Below, one piece after another: positions 9,844 through 20,205 of a DNA stretch of 64,000 bases; within the stretch, counting starts at the first letter, position 1, and the number at the start of each line of letters is the position of its first letter. This DNA comes from an uncultured Alphaproteobacteria bacterium. GTDB lineage: Bacteria > Pseudomonadota > Alphaproteobacteria > RF32 > CAG-239. The stretch spans positions 6,928 to 70,927 of the forward strand of contig CALYBC010000001.1 of assembly GCA_944393725.1 (NCBI GenBank), given 5' to 3'. Made by a program: the position numbers and the translations under genes. Under the pieces are notes generated by a model that saw nothing but the letters and a program-made list of their open reading frames with translations, made no database searches and was not told the origin of the DNA.

Positions 9844-11073
9844 TTACTTCCATAATTTCAGAAAACCGTCCCAATAAGTATCATAATCAATCTGCGTGGT
9901 GGAGCAGCCTTTGAGACAATAGCATGTCGTACCATTGGAAGTTACCGTATCAAAAACGACTCCATCACCAGGATTATCTGACTGACAATTCAAGTCAGCA
10001 TTACAACCGGTTATTTTATAGCATGTAAGACCATATCTGGTGGCACTGGTATATTTAAATTTATCGCTTGGTTGTTGTGGATAATATTGTTTTCCGGCAC
10101 TGCACGATAAAATTGTGCAAGAGACTTTATTTGCTCCACCGACAGCAGAAGACGTCCCACTAAATCCAACATTGTCGGCACTTTTGTTGCTGCACACTTT
10201 GGTGTTATTCTCTATTAATGTTTCATCTGGCTTACATCCTTCGGTTTCGTAGCATATTTCACCTTTAAATGTGTGAGATTTATAGCTTATACAAGGACTG
10301 GTCGGCGCAGTATTGTAACACATATTATTGGTACTGCAGCCATTGTAGTAATACAATGTCGTCTGTGTATATAAAGGCGGTGTATATGTATGTAAATTGT
10401 GACATGTCGTCCCCGTACTTTGTGCTGCGGTAAACACATAAGAAGTATCATAGCTGATGCCGTACACACACTCTAATGAAGAGCTATCAAAAGGTTTAGT
10501 GGTTATATAGGTAACTGTTTTATTTCCATTATAAGGCCCAGGACTAAGATTTACGGTTTTGCTATTATTTCCAAGAGCTTTGTATGGATCTTTACAACTA
10601 AATCCGTCTGCCTTATAACATTTAGGTCCTTTGCTTGTAGCCGGAGTTCCATTATATTCGAAATATTTGGTGTTATAGCCGTTTTGCGTCGTAAGATCTA
10701 CATAGTCATTTGCACAGGCACACATGGTATACTTGTTGCCACTGCCGTCATTGCATATTGTTGAAGGATCGGTCGGGGCTTTATATCCCGTAGAGTTGCA
10801 ATCTTGATCAGTATATTTGTAGTTGGAGGGGCAAGAACATTTGTAGCAGGTGGTTCCGTCAAAAAGTTTATAGGTGCTGCAATCAGCGTTTTCCGTTTTG
10901 TTATATCCATCTTTATCAATATAACCGTATGTACCGCATGTTGCCGTTATTGTTTTGGTATCCAACTGTTCCACTTGGTATTCATGGACAGGTACAACTT
11001 TTGCATCTGCAGCAAATGCAAAAAATGATACACCGATTGATAATGTAATGCTCCAGCTACTAGATTTTGACAT
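9844..11073 (-). CDS. Cys-rich secreted protein, unknown family (paralog B, ~409 aa)
   Basis: The ATG at 11073 is preceded by GAGG. MSKSSSWSITLSIGVSFFAFAADA|KVVPVHEYQ. 27 Cys by my count. LFDGTTCYKCSCPS, LYYYNGCS, C-terminal IDYDTYWDGFLKLWK. Confidence 0.75.
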   Translation of the reverse strand: MSKSSSWSITLSIGVSFFAFAADAKVVPVHEYQVEQLDTKTITATCGTYGYIDKDGYNKTENADCSTYKLFDGTTCYKCSCPSNYKYTDQDCNSTGYKAPTDPSTICNDGSGNKYTMCACANDYVDLTTQNGYNTKYFEYNGTPATSKGPKCYKADGFSCKDPYKALGNNSKTVNLSPGPYNGNKTVTYITTKPFDSSSLECVYGISYDTSYVFTAAQSTGTTCHNLHTYTPPLYTQTTLYYYNGCSTNNMCYNTAPTSPCISYKSHTFKGEICYETEGCKPDETLIENNTKVCSNKSADNVGFSGTSSAVGGANKVSCTILSCSAGKQYYPQQPSDKFKYTSATRYGLTCYKITGCNADLNCQSDNPGDGVVFDTVTSNGTTCYCLKGCSTTQIDYDTYWDGFLKLWK

Positions 11074-11118
11074 AGCACACCTCGCCTTTTGCAATTGATA
11101 CGGTACACCTTAATTATT

Positions 11119-11147
11119 ATATTAGCATCTTTGCTCTTTGAGCACAA
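11119..11147 (-). promoter_or_regulatory. Putative sigma70-type promoter of Cys-rich paralog B
   Basis: Minus strand reads TTGTGC-N17-TAATAT. The flanking TGCTAATAT and TTTTTATGATA blocks are shared with the paralog A upstream region. Confidence 0.45.
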
Positions 11148-11219
11148 TCTATTTAACAATTATCATAAAAATATTAACAATTCCGTAACATTGGTTAATT
11201 TATTGATTTTTTATACATC

Positions 11220-14200
11220 TTATTGATTTTTAACGAAATTGTCATTCCAAATATCTTTGAGCGAATTCGGGCTTAGTGCGGATAAAGGATTTATGCTTAT
11301 ATCCGGATTATCTATATTGCCCTTAATAGTGTAATTTACCGCAAATACCGTACCATCTCTGCCACTTAATAAATTTCCAACCAGTGGTATCTTACCGATA
11401 AAGCTGTTTAGACCATATGCCGGTGCTATCATGCCGCTAAATGATAAAAGCTCGGTATCGCCATTGTATTTGCCGCTACCAGATATTCCGATAACATTGC
11501 CAAATGCCTTAGCCCCATTTAGCTTAAATTCCGAGTCGTAATATTCAAACGGAGCATCAAAATGCGTAAATGCTATTCCGTCTCCAGAAAGCATATCTAC
11601 CATTCCGCTTAGCGAAGATAATGTGAGCAACTTGGCAAAAATATTGGTCTTGACAACATTAAAATCTCGGCCTTTTATGTGCCCGACAAAACGCTTATCG
11701 ATTCCTCGTTTGGCATTTATACTAAGACTACCACCTCTTACATAATCGTACAAATGCAAAAATCTTAGTGCAGAACCTGCATCATTACTGTTTATGCTTA
11801 ATAAATATTCACCATTCGGACGTGAATTGTAATCTAACTTAAGCTGTGAGGGAGCCTTTTCTTTAGTAGTGCGACGACTAAAATTACCAACCAGATGCAT
11901 GTCATCGACACCTATCCCCTTCTTTAATTTTGCCGAACCGGCAAAATTATTTATTCCGATGTCTTTTCCGGTCCATAATTTGTCAACGGCTATGTTTATA
12001 TTAATGTTGGGTACATTTTCTTCCCAATCATCGGTCTTTTTTGGGGTTACAGCTTGCGTAAGTTGGCTTTTATCTTGTTCGTCATCCTTATCCTCGGCAA
12101 AAAATTCCGACAAGTCATAAGAAGAACCTGATACTATCACCTTTATTTGTTCTTGCGGACTATACAAAAAATCTATCTTGGCTTTGGCATTGGTCTTTGG
12201 TCCTTTGATATCGCTTATATCTATGTTTTTTACTCTGCCTTGAGTATCAAATCCTACCTGCCCGTTGATTTTAAAATCCGGTTTTGACAAACTAAATTTG
12301 GGAATCGAAACAACTTTATCCCCTTTTATGTCAAGTTGGGCGGTTATTTCTCCAATAACATCAGTTTCTTTTTTGTAGCCCAAAAACGAATAATCAATTT
12401 TAGTCCCTTTTAAATTGCCATGTACATCGGCTATGGTTTTGTTATTAGAATACATGGTTATTACTGCTTTTGCAGGAATTGTTCCGGTAATATAAGGTGC
12501 AGACAGAGCTTTGATATCAAGCCCTAATTTTTCCTTAAAACTGTTATCAAAATTAAACCCTATATTATACTTTCTTAAGTAGTCGGCCGAGGTAAAATTC
12601 TCATACCATTCAAAACTAAGCGGTAATCCCTCCACATTGGCGACGCCAGAAAGTAACATATGTTGATTGTCTAACTCAAGGTTGAGAGATTTTGCCTCTA
12701 CGCTCTTGCCCTTGAATATATCTTTCATAACAACATCTTGTAGAACAGCACTGACTTTTACATTAACTTCTTCCGGCTCTAAATCCTCTTTAAGCTCAAA
12801 ATCCATACTCAAATCTGCAATCGCACTACCCTTTACAGTTTCCGGTTTGAGACCTATGCTGCTCGGATATTTTAACGGTTCGTGGTCGATAAGGCGTAAA
12901 ATATCACTTATACTGCCGATGCCGCTTAACTGTAATTTCAAGAAATTATCTTCGGCGTTCAAATCATATAAATCAATATATCCTTTATTTAGTATAACAT
13001 CGGCCGATTTGGCTTTATCTGCCTCAATTATGATATTGTTTTCACTAAAGGTTGCCTTGCCGTATATATCGGTAACCTTGGGCATCTCGTTTAAGTATAA
13101 AAGCGTACCACCCTCAATATATGCCGTTCCTTTGAGTTTGTTAAAGCTTATGCCCTTGTTTTTTTTATCGTAGGCAAAACCAAAGGTAAAATCTCCATTT
13201 TTGATTTTGCCGTCGAACAGGCTTTCTTTACACCATTTCCATGCTTTATCGCCAAAATACTTGGGCCAATAAACCGTTAACTTATCGGTTTCTAAAACAG
13301 GAACTTTGGCGGTGATGTCTATTGACATATCTTTTAATGACGAGTGCAACAGATATTCTTTAAGTCCTTTAATTTCCAGGCCAAGACTTGCTTTTTGTCC
13401 ATCCAGATTCAATCCGGCATCGCTTATTTTTACACTTTCCAAATTTCCGCCGATCTGCCCTTCCAAAATTAATCCGGATATGTTGTAGTCATAACTTTCG
13501 TCAGAAGAAAACTTGATTACCCCTTTCTCTCCCTTAAAATCAAAATTAATGTAATCTATGATTTTTTCGCTGTTGGCCAATATATTTTCGCGATATTTAC
13601 TTAAATTTTGCAGATTTAACTCCGTACTTAATTCGCCGTGCAACGGCACCTTAATATTATAAAAATCATCTGATGATGTTGCCGGTGTCAGCAACTCTAA
13701 CAAATCTGCCGGAATTAAATCGGAAAAATAAAATTTCATTGCTGCTTTGTTGTCTGAGTAATCATAACTGACAGATAATCCTAGTGACGAAGTACTGTCA
13801 TTAAACGGCATCAATGCGTTGATTTCCGTGGTTAATTCACTAAAACCACGGTCAAAACTATAGTTTACATCGCTAAACTGCCATTTTTTACCTAAATCTA
13901 CCTCCAAAAGTTCAACATCGGCTCTGGTTATCTCGATTGAATTAATATAACTTTCGGGATAAACATTGTCTTCGGAATTAAAGTGCTCCCAAAAATTTTC
14001 AGCCTGCTCAAAATAGTATTTCAATTTTTGCCGACTTACTTCTCCACTGTCTTGCTTCTTATCTTTTTTAAGCCCGTACTTACTAAATATAAGTATTTTT
14101 GGTTGTTCAACTTCGATAGTTGATGGAGCAATAATACCTCGTAACAGTGCTTTTATGCTGAAAGAGAGGGCTACTTTAGGAGCGGTTATGGTAATCGCTC

Positions 14201-14465
14201 CTTCTTTTTTATAGGTTACATTACCGGCAATAATACGCAATGGTTGTACCGAACGCACCAATTCCAAATTTACGCCGTCCAAAGTAACCTGATAATCGGT
14301 ATCATCGTGATTTAATGCCTTGATTATATATGGCTTTAGGAACGGTAGACTAATCGACCCGCGGTATAACTGCCAAATAAATAAAAGTAGGCATACCAGC
14401 AAAATAACGCCGATAAAGTCCGTAATCTTATGTATTTTATAACTGCGGCTACTTAGTTTTTTCAT
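11220..14465 (-). CDS. YhdP/AsmA-family large envelope protein (N-terminal TM anchor, AsmA-like C-terminus)
   Basis: About 1080 aa. MKKLSSRSYKIHKITDFIGVILLVCLLLFIW membrane anchor from the ATG at 14465. C-terminal ...GKIPLVGNLLSGRDGTVFAVNYTIKGNIDNPDISINPLSALSPNSLKDIW resembles the YhdP/AsmA C-terminal region. Confidence 0.65.
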   Translation of the reverse strand: MKKLSSRSYKIHKITDFIGVILLVCLLLFIWQLYRGSISLPFLKPYIIKALNHDDTDYQVTLDGVNLELVRSVQPLRIIAGNVTYKKEGAITITAPKVALSFSIKALLRGIIAPSTIEVEQPKILIFSKYGLKKDKKQDSGEVSRQKLKYYFEQAENFWEHFNSEDNVYPESYINSIEITRADVELLEVDLGKKWQFSDVNYSFDRGFSELTTEINALMPFNDSTSSLGLSVSYDYSDNKAAMKFYFSDLIPADLLELLTPATSSDDFYNIKVPLHGELSTELNLQNLSKYRENILANSEKIIDYINFDFKGEKGVIKFSSDESYDYNISGLILEGQIGGNLESVKISDAGLNLDGQKASLGLEIKGLKEYLLHSSLKDMSIDITAKVPVLETDKLTVYWPKYFGDKAWKWCKESLFDGKIKNGDFTFGFAYDKKNKGISFNKLKGTAYIEGGTLLYLNEMPKVTDIYGKATFSENNIIIEADKAKSADVILNKGYIDLYDLNAEDNFLKLQLSGIGSISDILRLIDHEPLKYPSSIGLKPETVKGSAIADLSMDFELKEDLEPEEVNVKVSAVLQDVVMKDIFKGKSVEAKSLNLELDNQHMLLSGVANVEGLPLSFEWYENFTSADYLRKYNIGFNFDNSFKEKLGLDIKALSAPYITGTIPAKAVITMYSNNKTIADVHGNLKGTKIDYSFLGYKKETDVIGEITAQLDIKGDKVVSIPKFSLSKPDFKINGQVGFDTQGRVKNIDISDIKGPKTNAKAKIDFLYSPQEQIKVIVSGSSYDLSEFFAEDKDDEQDKSQLTQAVTPKKTDDWEENVPNININIAVDKLWTGKDIGINNFAGSAKLKKGIGVDDMHLVGNFSRRTTKEKAPSQLKLDYNSRPNGEYLLSINSNDAGSALRFLHLYDYVRGGSLSINAKRGIDKRFVGHIKGRDFNVVKTNIFAKLLTLSSLSGMVDMLSGDGIAFTHFDAPFEYYDSEFKLNGAKAFGNVIGISGSGKYNGDTELLSFSGMIAPAYGLNSFIGKIPLVGNLLSGRDGTVFAVNYTIKGNIDNPDISINPLSALSPNSLKDIWNDNFVKNQ

Positions 14466-15288
14466 TTTGTTCCAACCATTGCAAAATGTCTTGATAATTT
14501 TTGTAATCATATAAATCCGAATGGCCTGCACCATCATAAATTATCAATTTTTTGGGTTCTGAGGCGTTATTAAACAGGGCTTTGGCTCTTGCAACGGGTA
14601 CAACCTTGTCTTTTTCGGCCCCCATAATCAAGACCGGAATATCAATATCTTTAATTTTTGCCAAATTCTCATATCGGTCTTTAACTATTAAATCAAACGG
14701 AAATACCGGCCAAAATCTTTGCTTAACCACATTAATCACACTGTCAAACGGAACTTCCAATACCAGTGATGCAAATTTATTCTGCTTTCCTTTGACATAA
14801 ACGGTATTAACTGCCGTATAACTGCCCAAAGACATACCGTAAATAATCATATCGGAGTTTTTATATCCCAGAGAATTTAGATAATCTACCGCAGCTATTG
14901 CATCGGAGGCCAAATTAGCCTCGCTTAACTTGCCTTCAATACCGCCAAATCCGCGATATTCACCGATAAAAACACCATAACCTTTCTTGGTAAAAGGAAT
15001 GAGCTTATTATAAAAAGCTCCGATATTATGAGAATTGCCGTGGAAGTATACTACTATTTTATGACCGGCTTTAGGTTTAACAAACCAACCATACAACTTG
15101 GTGCCGTCTGATGAAGCATAAGTTACTTCTTCGGCCTTAAATCCGTTGTTTTGAGCGTTGATTAAATCAGGATTGCTCGTATCTGGGGCATAAAAATAAT
15201 ACTGCGGCAAAAAATAAACCGAACAACAAAACAGCAAATACCCCAATAATGCAATCTCTCCAAGCCGTCGCAAATATTTATTAAGCAT
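14449..15288 (-). CDS. Alpha/beta-fold hydrolase (BEM46/ABHD13-like)
   Basis: N-terminal TM segment. GMSLGS nucleophile elbow (GxSxG). HGNSHN and a C-terminal GAGHSD-type His motif. Confidence 0.7.
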   Translation of the reverse strand: MLNKYLRRLGEIALLGYLLFCCSVYFLPQYYFYAPDTSNPDLINAQNNGFKAEEVTYASSDGTKLYGWFVKPKAGHKIVVYFHGNSHNIGAFYNKLIPFTKKGYGVFIGEYRGFGGIEGKLSEANLASDAIAAVDYLNSLGYKNSDMIIYGMSLGSYTAVNTVYVKGKQNKFASLVLEVPFDSVINVVKQRFWPVFPFDLIVKDRYENLAKIKDIDIPVLIMGAEKDKVVPVARAKALFNNASEPKKLIIYDGAGHSDLYDYKNYQDILQWLEQNEKTK

Positions 15289-16391
15289 TATTGCCTCCTA
15301 ACTTGTCGGCTAGTGCCGCCGATAAAAATAAATCTATTTCTCCGTCCAAAACGGCCTTGGTATCCGAGGTTTCGGCTTCGGTACGCAAGTCTTTTACCAT
15401 CTTGTAGGGTTGTAAAACATAGGAGCGTATTTGATATCCCCATCCGTTATCACCTTGGTTATCGCGTTGCTCTTGGGCCTTGTCTTCTCTTTTTTTGATT
15501 TCTATCTCATACAACCTAGCCTTAAGCATTTTCCAGGCGGCTTCTCTGTTCTGAAATTGAGATCTTTGGTTTTGACACTGCACAACTATACCGGTGGGTA
15601 TATGGGTAATTCTTACGGCAGAATCGGTCTTGTTAATGTGCTGTCCACCAGCTCCCGATGCCCTGTATGTATCGATGCGGCAGTCTGCTTCGTTGATGTT
15701 AATTTCTATATTATCGTCAACTACCGGATAGACGCCTACCGAAGCAAAGCTGGTATGACGGCGAGCATTACTGTCAAAAGGCGATATTCTGACCAGCCTA
15801 TGAACTCCGGTTTCTGATTTTAACCAACCATAAGCATTGTGTCCGCTGATCTTTATGGTAGCAGACTTAATTCCGGCAACATCGCCCTCGGTCTCTTCTA
15901 CATATTCAACTTTATAGCCATGTTTGTCGGCCCAACGCGAATACATTCTTAAGAGCATTTCGGCCCAATCTTGAGCCTCGGTTCCGCCCGAGCCGGAATG
16001 GACTTCCAAAAAGGCATCGTTACCGTCTGCTTCACCGGATAACAGAGCTTCTAACTTAGCGTGCTTAACCTGCTCTGACAAATTTGTCATCTGGTGCATT
16101 ATCTCATCTAACGCGGCATCATCATTATCTTTTTCCGCAATTTCGGCCAGTTCGTACAAATCATTGAAAGATGAACTCATCTTGTCAAAATTATAAAGTG
16201 CCGTTTCCAGAGCATCCTTTTCGCTCATTAATTTTTTAGCCTTCGACGCATCATTCCACAGTGATGTGTCCGCGGTTAAACTTTCCAATTCCGATAATCT
16301 TAAACAAGAATTATCGTAGTCAAAGAGACCTCCTGAGCAATTTCAACGATTGCTCTATGTTTTGGCTGATTTCATAAATATCGGCACGCAT
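15281..16391 (-). CDS. prfB: Peptide chain release factor 2, expressed via programmed +1 frameshift
   Basis: SPF tripeptide (RISPFDS) and GGQ (SGAGGQHINK). The short frame-0 ORF from the ATG at 16391 (MRADIYEISQNIEQSLKLLRRSL-stop) joins the long ORF after a +1 shift at CTT TGA C. Confidence 0.95.
16319..16334 (-). promoter_or_regulatory. prfB autoregulatory +1 frameshift site
   Basis: Minus strand reads AGGAGG TCT CTT TGA C: an internal SD-like element, 3-nt spacer, slippery CTT, in-frame TGA followed by C. Confidence 0.95.
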
Positions 16392-16404
16392 TCTGTTATT
16401 CTCC

Positions 16405-18906
16405 TTAATACTCTGCTCCCAGTTGTAACTCATCTTCACTATTGTTTTCATAAGTTATAACCGGTGCGACAACTGTTTCTGCGTTTTCTTCCGTTTCTGT
16501 CGGCTCAGCATTATTATTGCTTGCATTGTTTTCTTCACTAACTACCTTTTGAGCAAACTGGCGTTGGGCTGCCTCCGGTTTTAAGGCCTCCCAAATTACC
16601 GAGGTATCACTCGGGGTGGCCGGCTTTCCGGTATCGTGATTTATTCTGACCAGCTTAATTCCGCTTGGAATACGGAATGGTATATCGGCTTGCCCCGCAA
16701 GGGCTTCTTTCATAAAATCATAAAATATCGGCAAAGCAGCCGCGGCTCCGGTTTCATATCGACCTAATGAACGGGGTTGATCAAAACCGACATAGACAGC
16801 CACTACCAAATCAGGTGAAAAGCCTACAAACCACGCATCTTGATTTTTATTGGTGGTTCCGGTCTTGCCTGCCAGGTGCTTACCGATTGAACGCAGTCTG
16901 CCGCCGGTACCGTATTGAACGACGCCTTCCAATATACTAACCATTTGGTATGCACTCAACGGGTCTATTATCTGTTCTCTTTCATCCTTTAGCTGCGGAA
17001 CAGGCTGATCTTCCCAAGATGCGACATTGCATTCTACACACTCTCTGGTATCGTGCTTGTATATGGTATAGCCTTCGCGATCTTGAATTCTTTCTATCAA
17101 GTATGGAGATATTTTTTTACCGCCATTGACAAACTCGCCATAAGCCGAAGCCATACTGATGAGCTTGGTTTCCCCGGCACCTAATGACATTGACAGAAGT
17201 TCCGGCAAATTATCGTTTACCCCCATCTTTTTGGCGTATTCGGCAACTTTATCCATGCCTACACTTTGAGCTAAACGGACGGTCATCAAGTTTCTTGACT
17301 TTTCTATGCCTTGGCGCAAGGTCATTAAGCCATAAAACTTTTTGGAGTAGTTTACCGGTTTCCAAACCGGTTGACCGGGGCCTTGATCCAAAACAAACGG
17401 AGCATCCAAAATTAAGTCCGTCGGCTCAAATCCATTCTCCAGTGCCGCTAAATAAACTATCGGTTTGAATGCCGAGCCGGTTTGGCGGTTAGCCTGAGTT
17501 GCTCTGTTGTACTGTGATTTCTGGAACGAATATCCGCCAACCATGGCTAAGATTTTTCCGGTGTGAGGATCTAGGGCAATCATTGCCCCTTCAACATTGG
17601 GAATCTGCCGCAAGTTGTATGAATTTTCACCTAATTTATGCTTTTTTATTTCTGTTTCTGCGGCTTTTTCAACCAATATTACATCACCTATGCTTAAAAC
17701 ATCGGATACTTTTTGCGGTTGACCACCGACCGATTGATTTCTTAAGGTCTTGCGTGCCCATATAATGAGAGATAACGGTATTTCGCCTAAACTTCCGTCA
17801 GAAAGTTCAATTTCGGCTTTAGCCGCAGAAACAGATTTTACTATGGCTAACTGCCAATTTTCTTTCGCTCCACCGGGCTTTTTTATCTCCTTAAATGCCT
17901 CTTTCCACCCCTCTGTAAGAGGAATGTTTTGAATGGCACCACGCCAGCCATGACGGCGGTCATAGTTGTCAAGTTGTTTTGTAAAAGATTTAGTGGCAAT
18001 TTCTTGCAATCTCGGATTCAAGGTCGTTCTTATCAATAACCCACCTTCATACAAGGCATCTTCACCAAAGTTCTTTTTAACTTGCCTTCTTACCTCTTCA
18101 CTGAAATATTGCGAATCTTTAACTAATTTGTTGCGAGATGTCACGACTTCCAACGGTTTGCCTTTGGCAACAAGTGCTTTTTCCTCATCAACATAGCCGT
18201 CTTCGACCATGCGGTCTATTACCCAATTGCGACGAGCAACCGCGGCATCATATTTGGTTTTGGGATTGTAATTATTGGGGCCTTTGGGAAGTGCTGCCAA
18301 ATAAGCGGCTTCTTCCAAGGTCAACTCATCAAGGGCTTTGCCAAAGTAATTCATAGCTGCTGCGGCAACACCGTAAGAGCGATTACCCAAATAAATTTCA
18401 TTCAGATATAGTTCCAAGATATGTTCTTTGCTAAAAGCTTGTTCCATTTTTATGGCAAGCAAAGCTTCTTTGATTTTGCGCTTATATGACAACTCTGAAG
18501 ATAGTAAAAAGTTTTTGGCTACTTGTTGGGTTATGGTCGAAGCTCCGGTCGGACGACGGCCGCTTCCCAAATTCTTGATATTAACCAGTACCGCCCTTAT
18601 GATGCCTATAATGTCAACACCAAAGTGATTATAAAAATTTTTATCTTCGGCAGAAATAAATGCTTGCTTTACCAGATCGGGAATTTTGTCTTCAGGCACA
18701 AAAAGCCTCTTTTCGGCAGCATATTCCATCATAACTTGCCCGTCGCCGGCATAAAGACGCGTAGTTACAGACGGCTCGTATTTTTCCAACTGTCTGTATT
18801 CAGGCAATTCTTGTGATATTTGCCAAACCGTTGTAATTACTAAAACCAAAGCTATTACCGCAAAGAAAAAGCAGGTACTTAAAAATGATGATATTGCCTT
18901 AAACAT
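16405..18906 (-). CDS. mrcA: Penicillin-binding protein 1A (bifunctional transglycosylase/transpeptidase)
   Basis: N-terminal TM. GT51 motifs AEDKNFYNHFGVD and GASTITQQVAKN. Transpeptidase SAFKP (SxxK) and KTGTT. Confidence 0.9.
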   Translation of the reverse strand: MFKAISSFLSTCFFFAVIALVLVITTVWQISQELPEYRQLEKYEPSVTTRLYAGDGQVMMEYAAEKRLFVPEDKIPDLVKQAFISAEDKNFYNHFGVDIIGIIRAVLVNIKNLGSGRRPTGASTITQQVAKNFLLSSELSYKRKIKEALLAIKMEQAFSKEHILELYLNEIYLGNRSYGVAAAAMNYFGKALDELTLEEAAYLAALPKGPNNYNPKTKYDAAVARRNWVIDRMVEDGYVDEEKALVAKGKPLEVVTSRNKLVKDSQYFSEEVRRQVKKNFGEDALYEGGLLIRTTLNPRLQEIATKSFTKQLDNYDRRHGWRGAIQNIPLTEGWKEAFKEIKKPGGAKENWQLAIVKSVSAAKAEIELSDGSLGEIPLSLIIWARKTLRNQSVGGQPQKVSDVLSIGDVILVEKAAETEIKKHKLGENSYNLRQIPNVEGAMIALDPHTGKILAMVGGYSFQKSQYNRATQANRQTGSAFKPIVYLAALENGFEPTDLILDAPFVLDQGPGQPVWKPVNYSKKFYGLMTLRQGIEKSRNLMTVRLAQSVGMDKVAEYAKKMGVNDNLPELLSMSLGAGETKLISMASAYGEFVNGGKKISPYLIERIQDREGYTIYKHDTRECVECNVASWEDQPVPQLKDEREQIIDPLSAYQMVSILEGVVQYGTGGRLRSIGKHLAGKTGTTNKNQDAWFVGFSPDLVVAVYVGFDQPRSLGRYETGAAAALPIFYDFMKEALAGQADIPFRIPSGIKLVRINHDTGKPATPSDTSVIWEALKPEAAQRQFAQKVVSEENNASNNNAEPTETEENAETVVAPVITYENNSEDELQLGAEY

Positions 18907-18984
18907 TTATATCCGACCAAAATATTTGTTTTTATTTTGAATCTTTTAGTAAAAAATTACAAACCTGTCAAATATTAATGCTTA

Positions 18985-20205
18985 TTAATGCTTAGGATTT
19001 TTAAAATATTTATCAACTGCTTTAACCGCAGCTTGCCCTAATTTGCGACGGTATGATTTTTGCCTTAAAAGCTTTTCTTCTTTGGGATTGGATAAATAGC
19101 CCAATTCAAGTAATACAGACGGAACATCAGGTGCTTTCAAAACCGCAAATCCGGCAAAACGATGGGTGTTGCTTACGGTCTTGGCCACCTTGGACATTTC
19201 CGTGCTCAGGAGAGTTGCAAATTCGGATGAAGAATTGTTGGTTTCTCTTTGTGCCAAATTTAGCAAAATATCACTTACCTCTTTAGAATGTTCGGCAAAA
19301 TTTAAGCCGGCAACAATATCTGCCTTATTCTCTTTTTCCGCCAAAGCCGCAGCCTCTTTATCCGAAGCGGTTTCTGACAATGTGTAAACCGACAACCCTA
19401 CCGCTTTGCGGTTGCGTGCGCTGTCGGCATGAATCGATATAAACAAATCGGCATCGTGACTGCGTGAAATTTTTACGCGTTCGCGCAAAGGAATAAATAC
19501 ATCACGACTTCTGGTTAAATACACCTTATAATTGCTGTTATCTTCGAGCAAATCTTTTAGTTCTTTAGCCATTGAGAGGGTTATATTCTTCTCATAGGTA
19601 CCGTTATATCCTATTGCTCCGGGGTCCACACCTCCGTGTCCGGCATCAATAACAATAATCTTGCGTTTTGAACTTTTGCTCGGAGTGCTTGCCGTCGGCT
19701 TGTGCGATGACTTGGTATCGGCAGAATTATAATCATCGCTGCTTACGGCGTAATTGTTACCTATTTTAGAGTTAAATTCTCTTTCCGATGTTGCTTCCAA
19801 ATCTATGGCAAAACGCCAATTAAAATTACTTTGCGGAGCCAACATGAAAGCTTTTTTAATTAACACCGGCTTTTGTAAATCAAAAACTATTCTGACACCG
19901 TCAACGCCGGTTGAACCAACACGCACATTCTTTACAAAAATATTTTCATCGGCATTTTTGCTTACCGATGGTGCAACATCAACACCTTGTGTATCAATTA
20001 CCAATCGATTTGGTGAACTAAGCGTGAAAACTTTATAATCAAACTTGCTGTCGGCGTCAAAAACTATGCGAACATTACCTATGCCCTGACCTATTCTTAA
20101 TCCGGTTATCCTACCGGCATAAGAATTCTCGGCGCTGAACAAAAGTACAAAAACACCCAAAAGTATCAATACTTTATGTAATATTCGTTTTATTATGCTC
20201 ATCAA
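18985..20205 (-). CDS. amiC: N-acetylmuramoyl-L-alanine amidase with N-terminal AMIN domain (AmiC-type)
   Basis: Signal peptide. AMIN-like segment RITGLRIG...VRIVFD repeated twice. Amidase_3 core IVIDAGHGGVDPGA...SIHADS. Confidence 0.85.
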   Translation of the reverse strand: MMSIIKRILHKVLILLGVFVLLFSAENSYAGRITGLRIGQGIGNVRIVFDADSKFDYKVFTLSSPNRLVIDTQGVDVAPSVSKNADENIFVKNVRVGSTGVDGVRIVFDLQKPVLIKKAFMLAPQSNFNWRFAIDLEATSEREFNSKIGNNYAVSSDDYNSADTKSSHKPTASTPSKSSKRKIIVIDAGHGGVDPGAIGYNGTYEKNITLSMAKELKDLLEDNSNYKVYLTRSRDVFIPLRERVKISRSHDADLFISIHADSARNRKAVGLSVYTLSETASDKEAAALAEKENKADIVAGLNFAEHSKEVSDILLNLAQRETNNSSSEFATLLSTEMSKVAKTVSNTHRFAGFAVLKAPDVPSVLLELGYLSNPKEEKLLRQKSYRRKLGQAAVKAVDKYFKNPKH

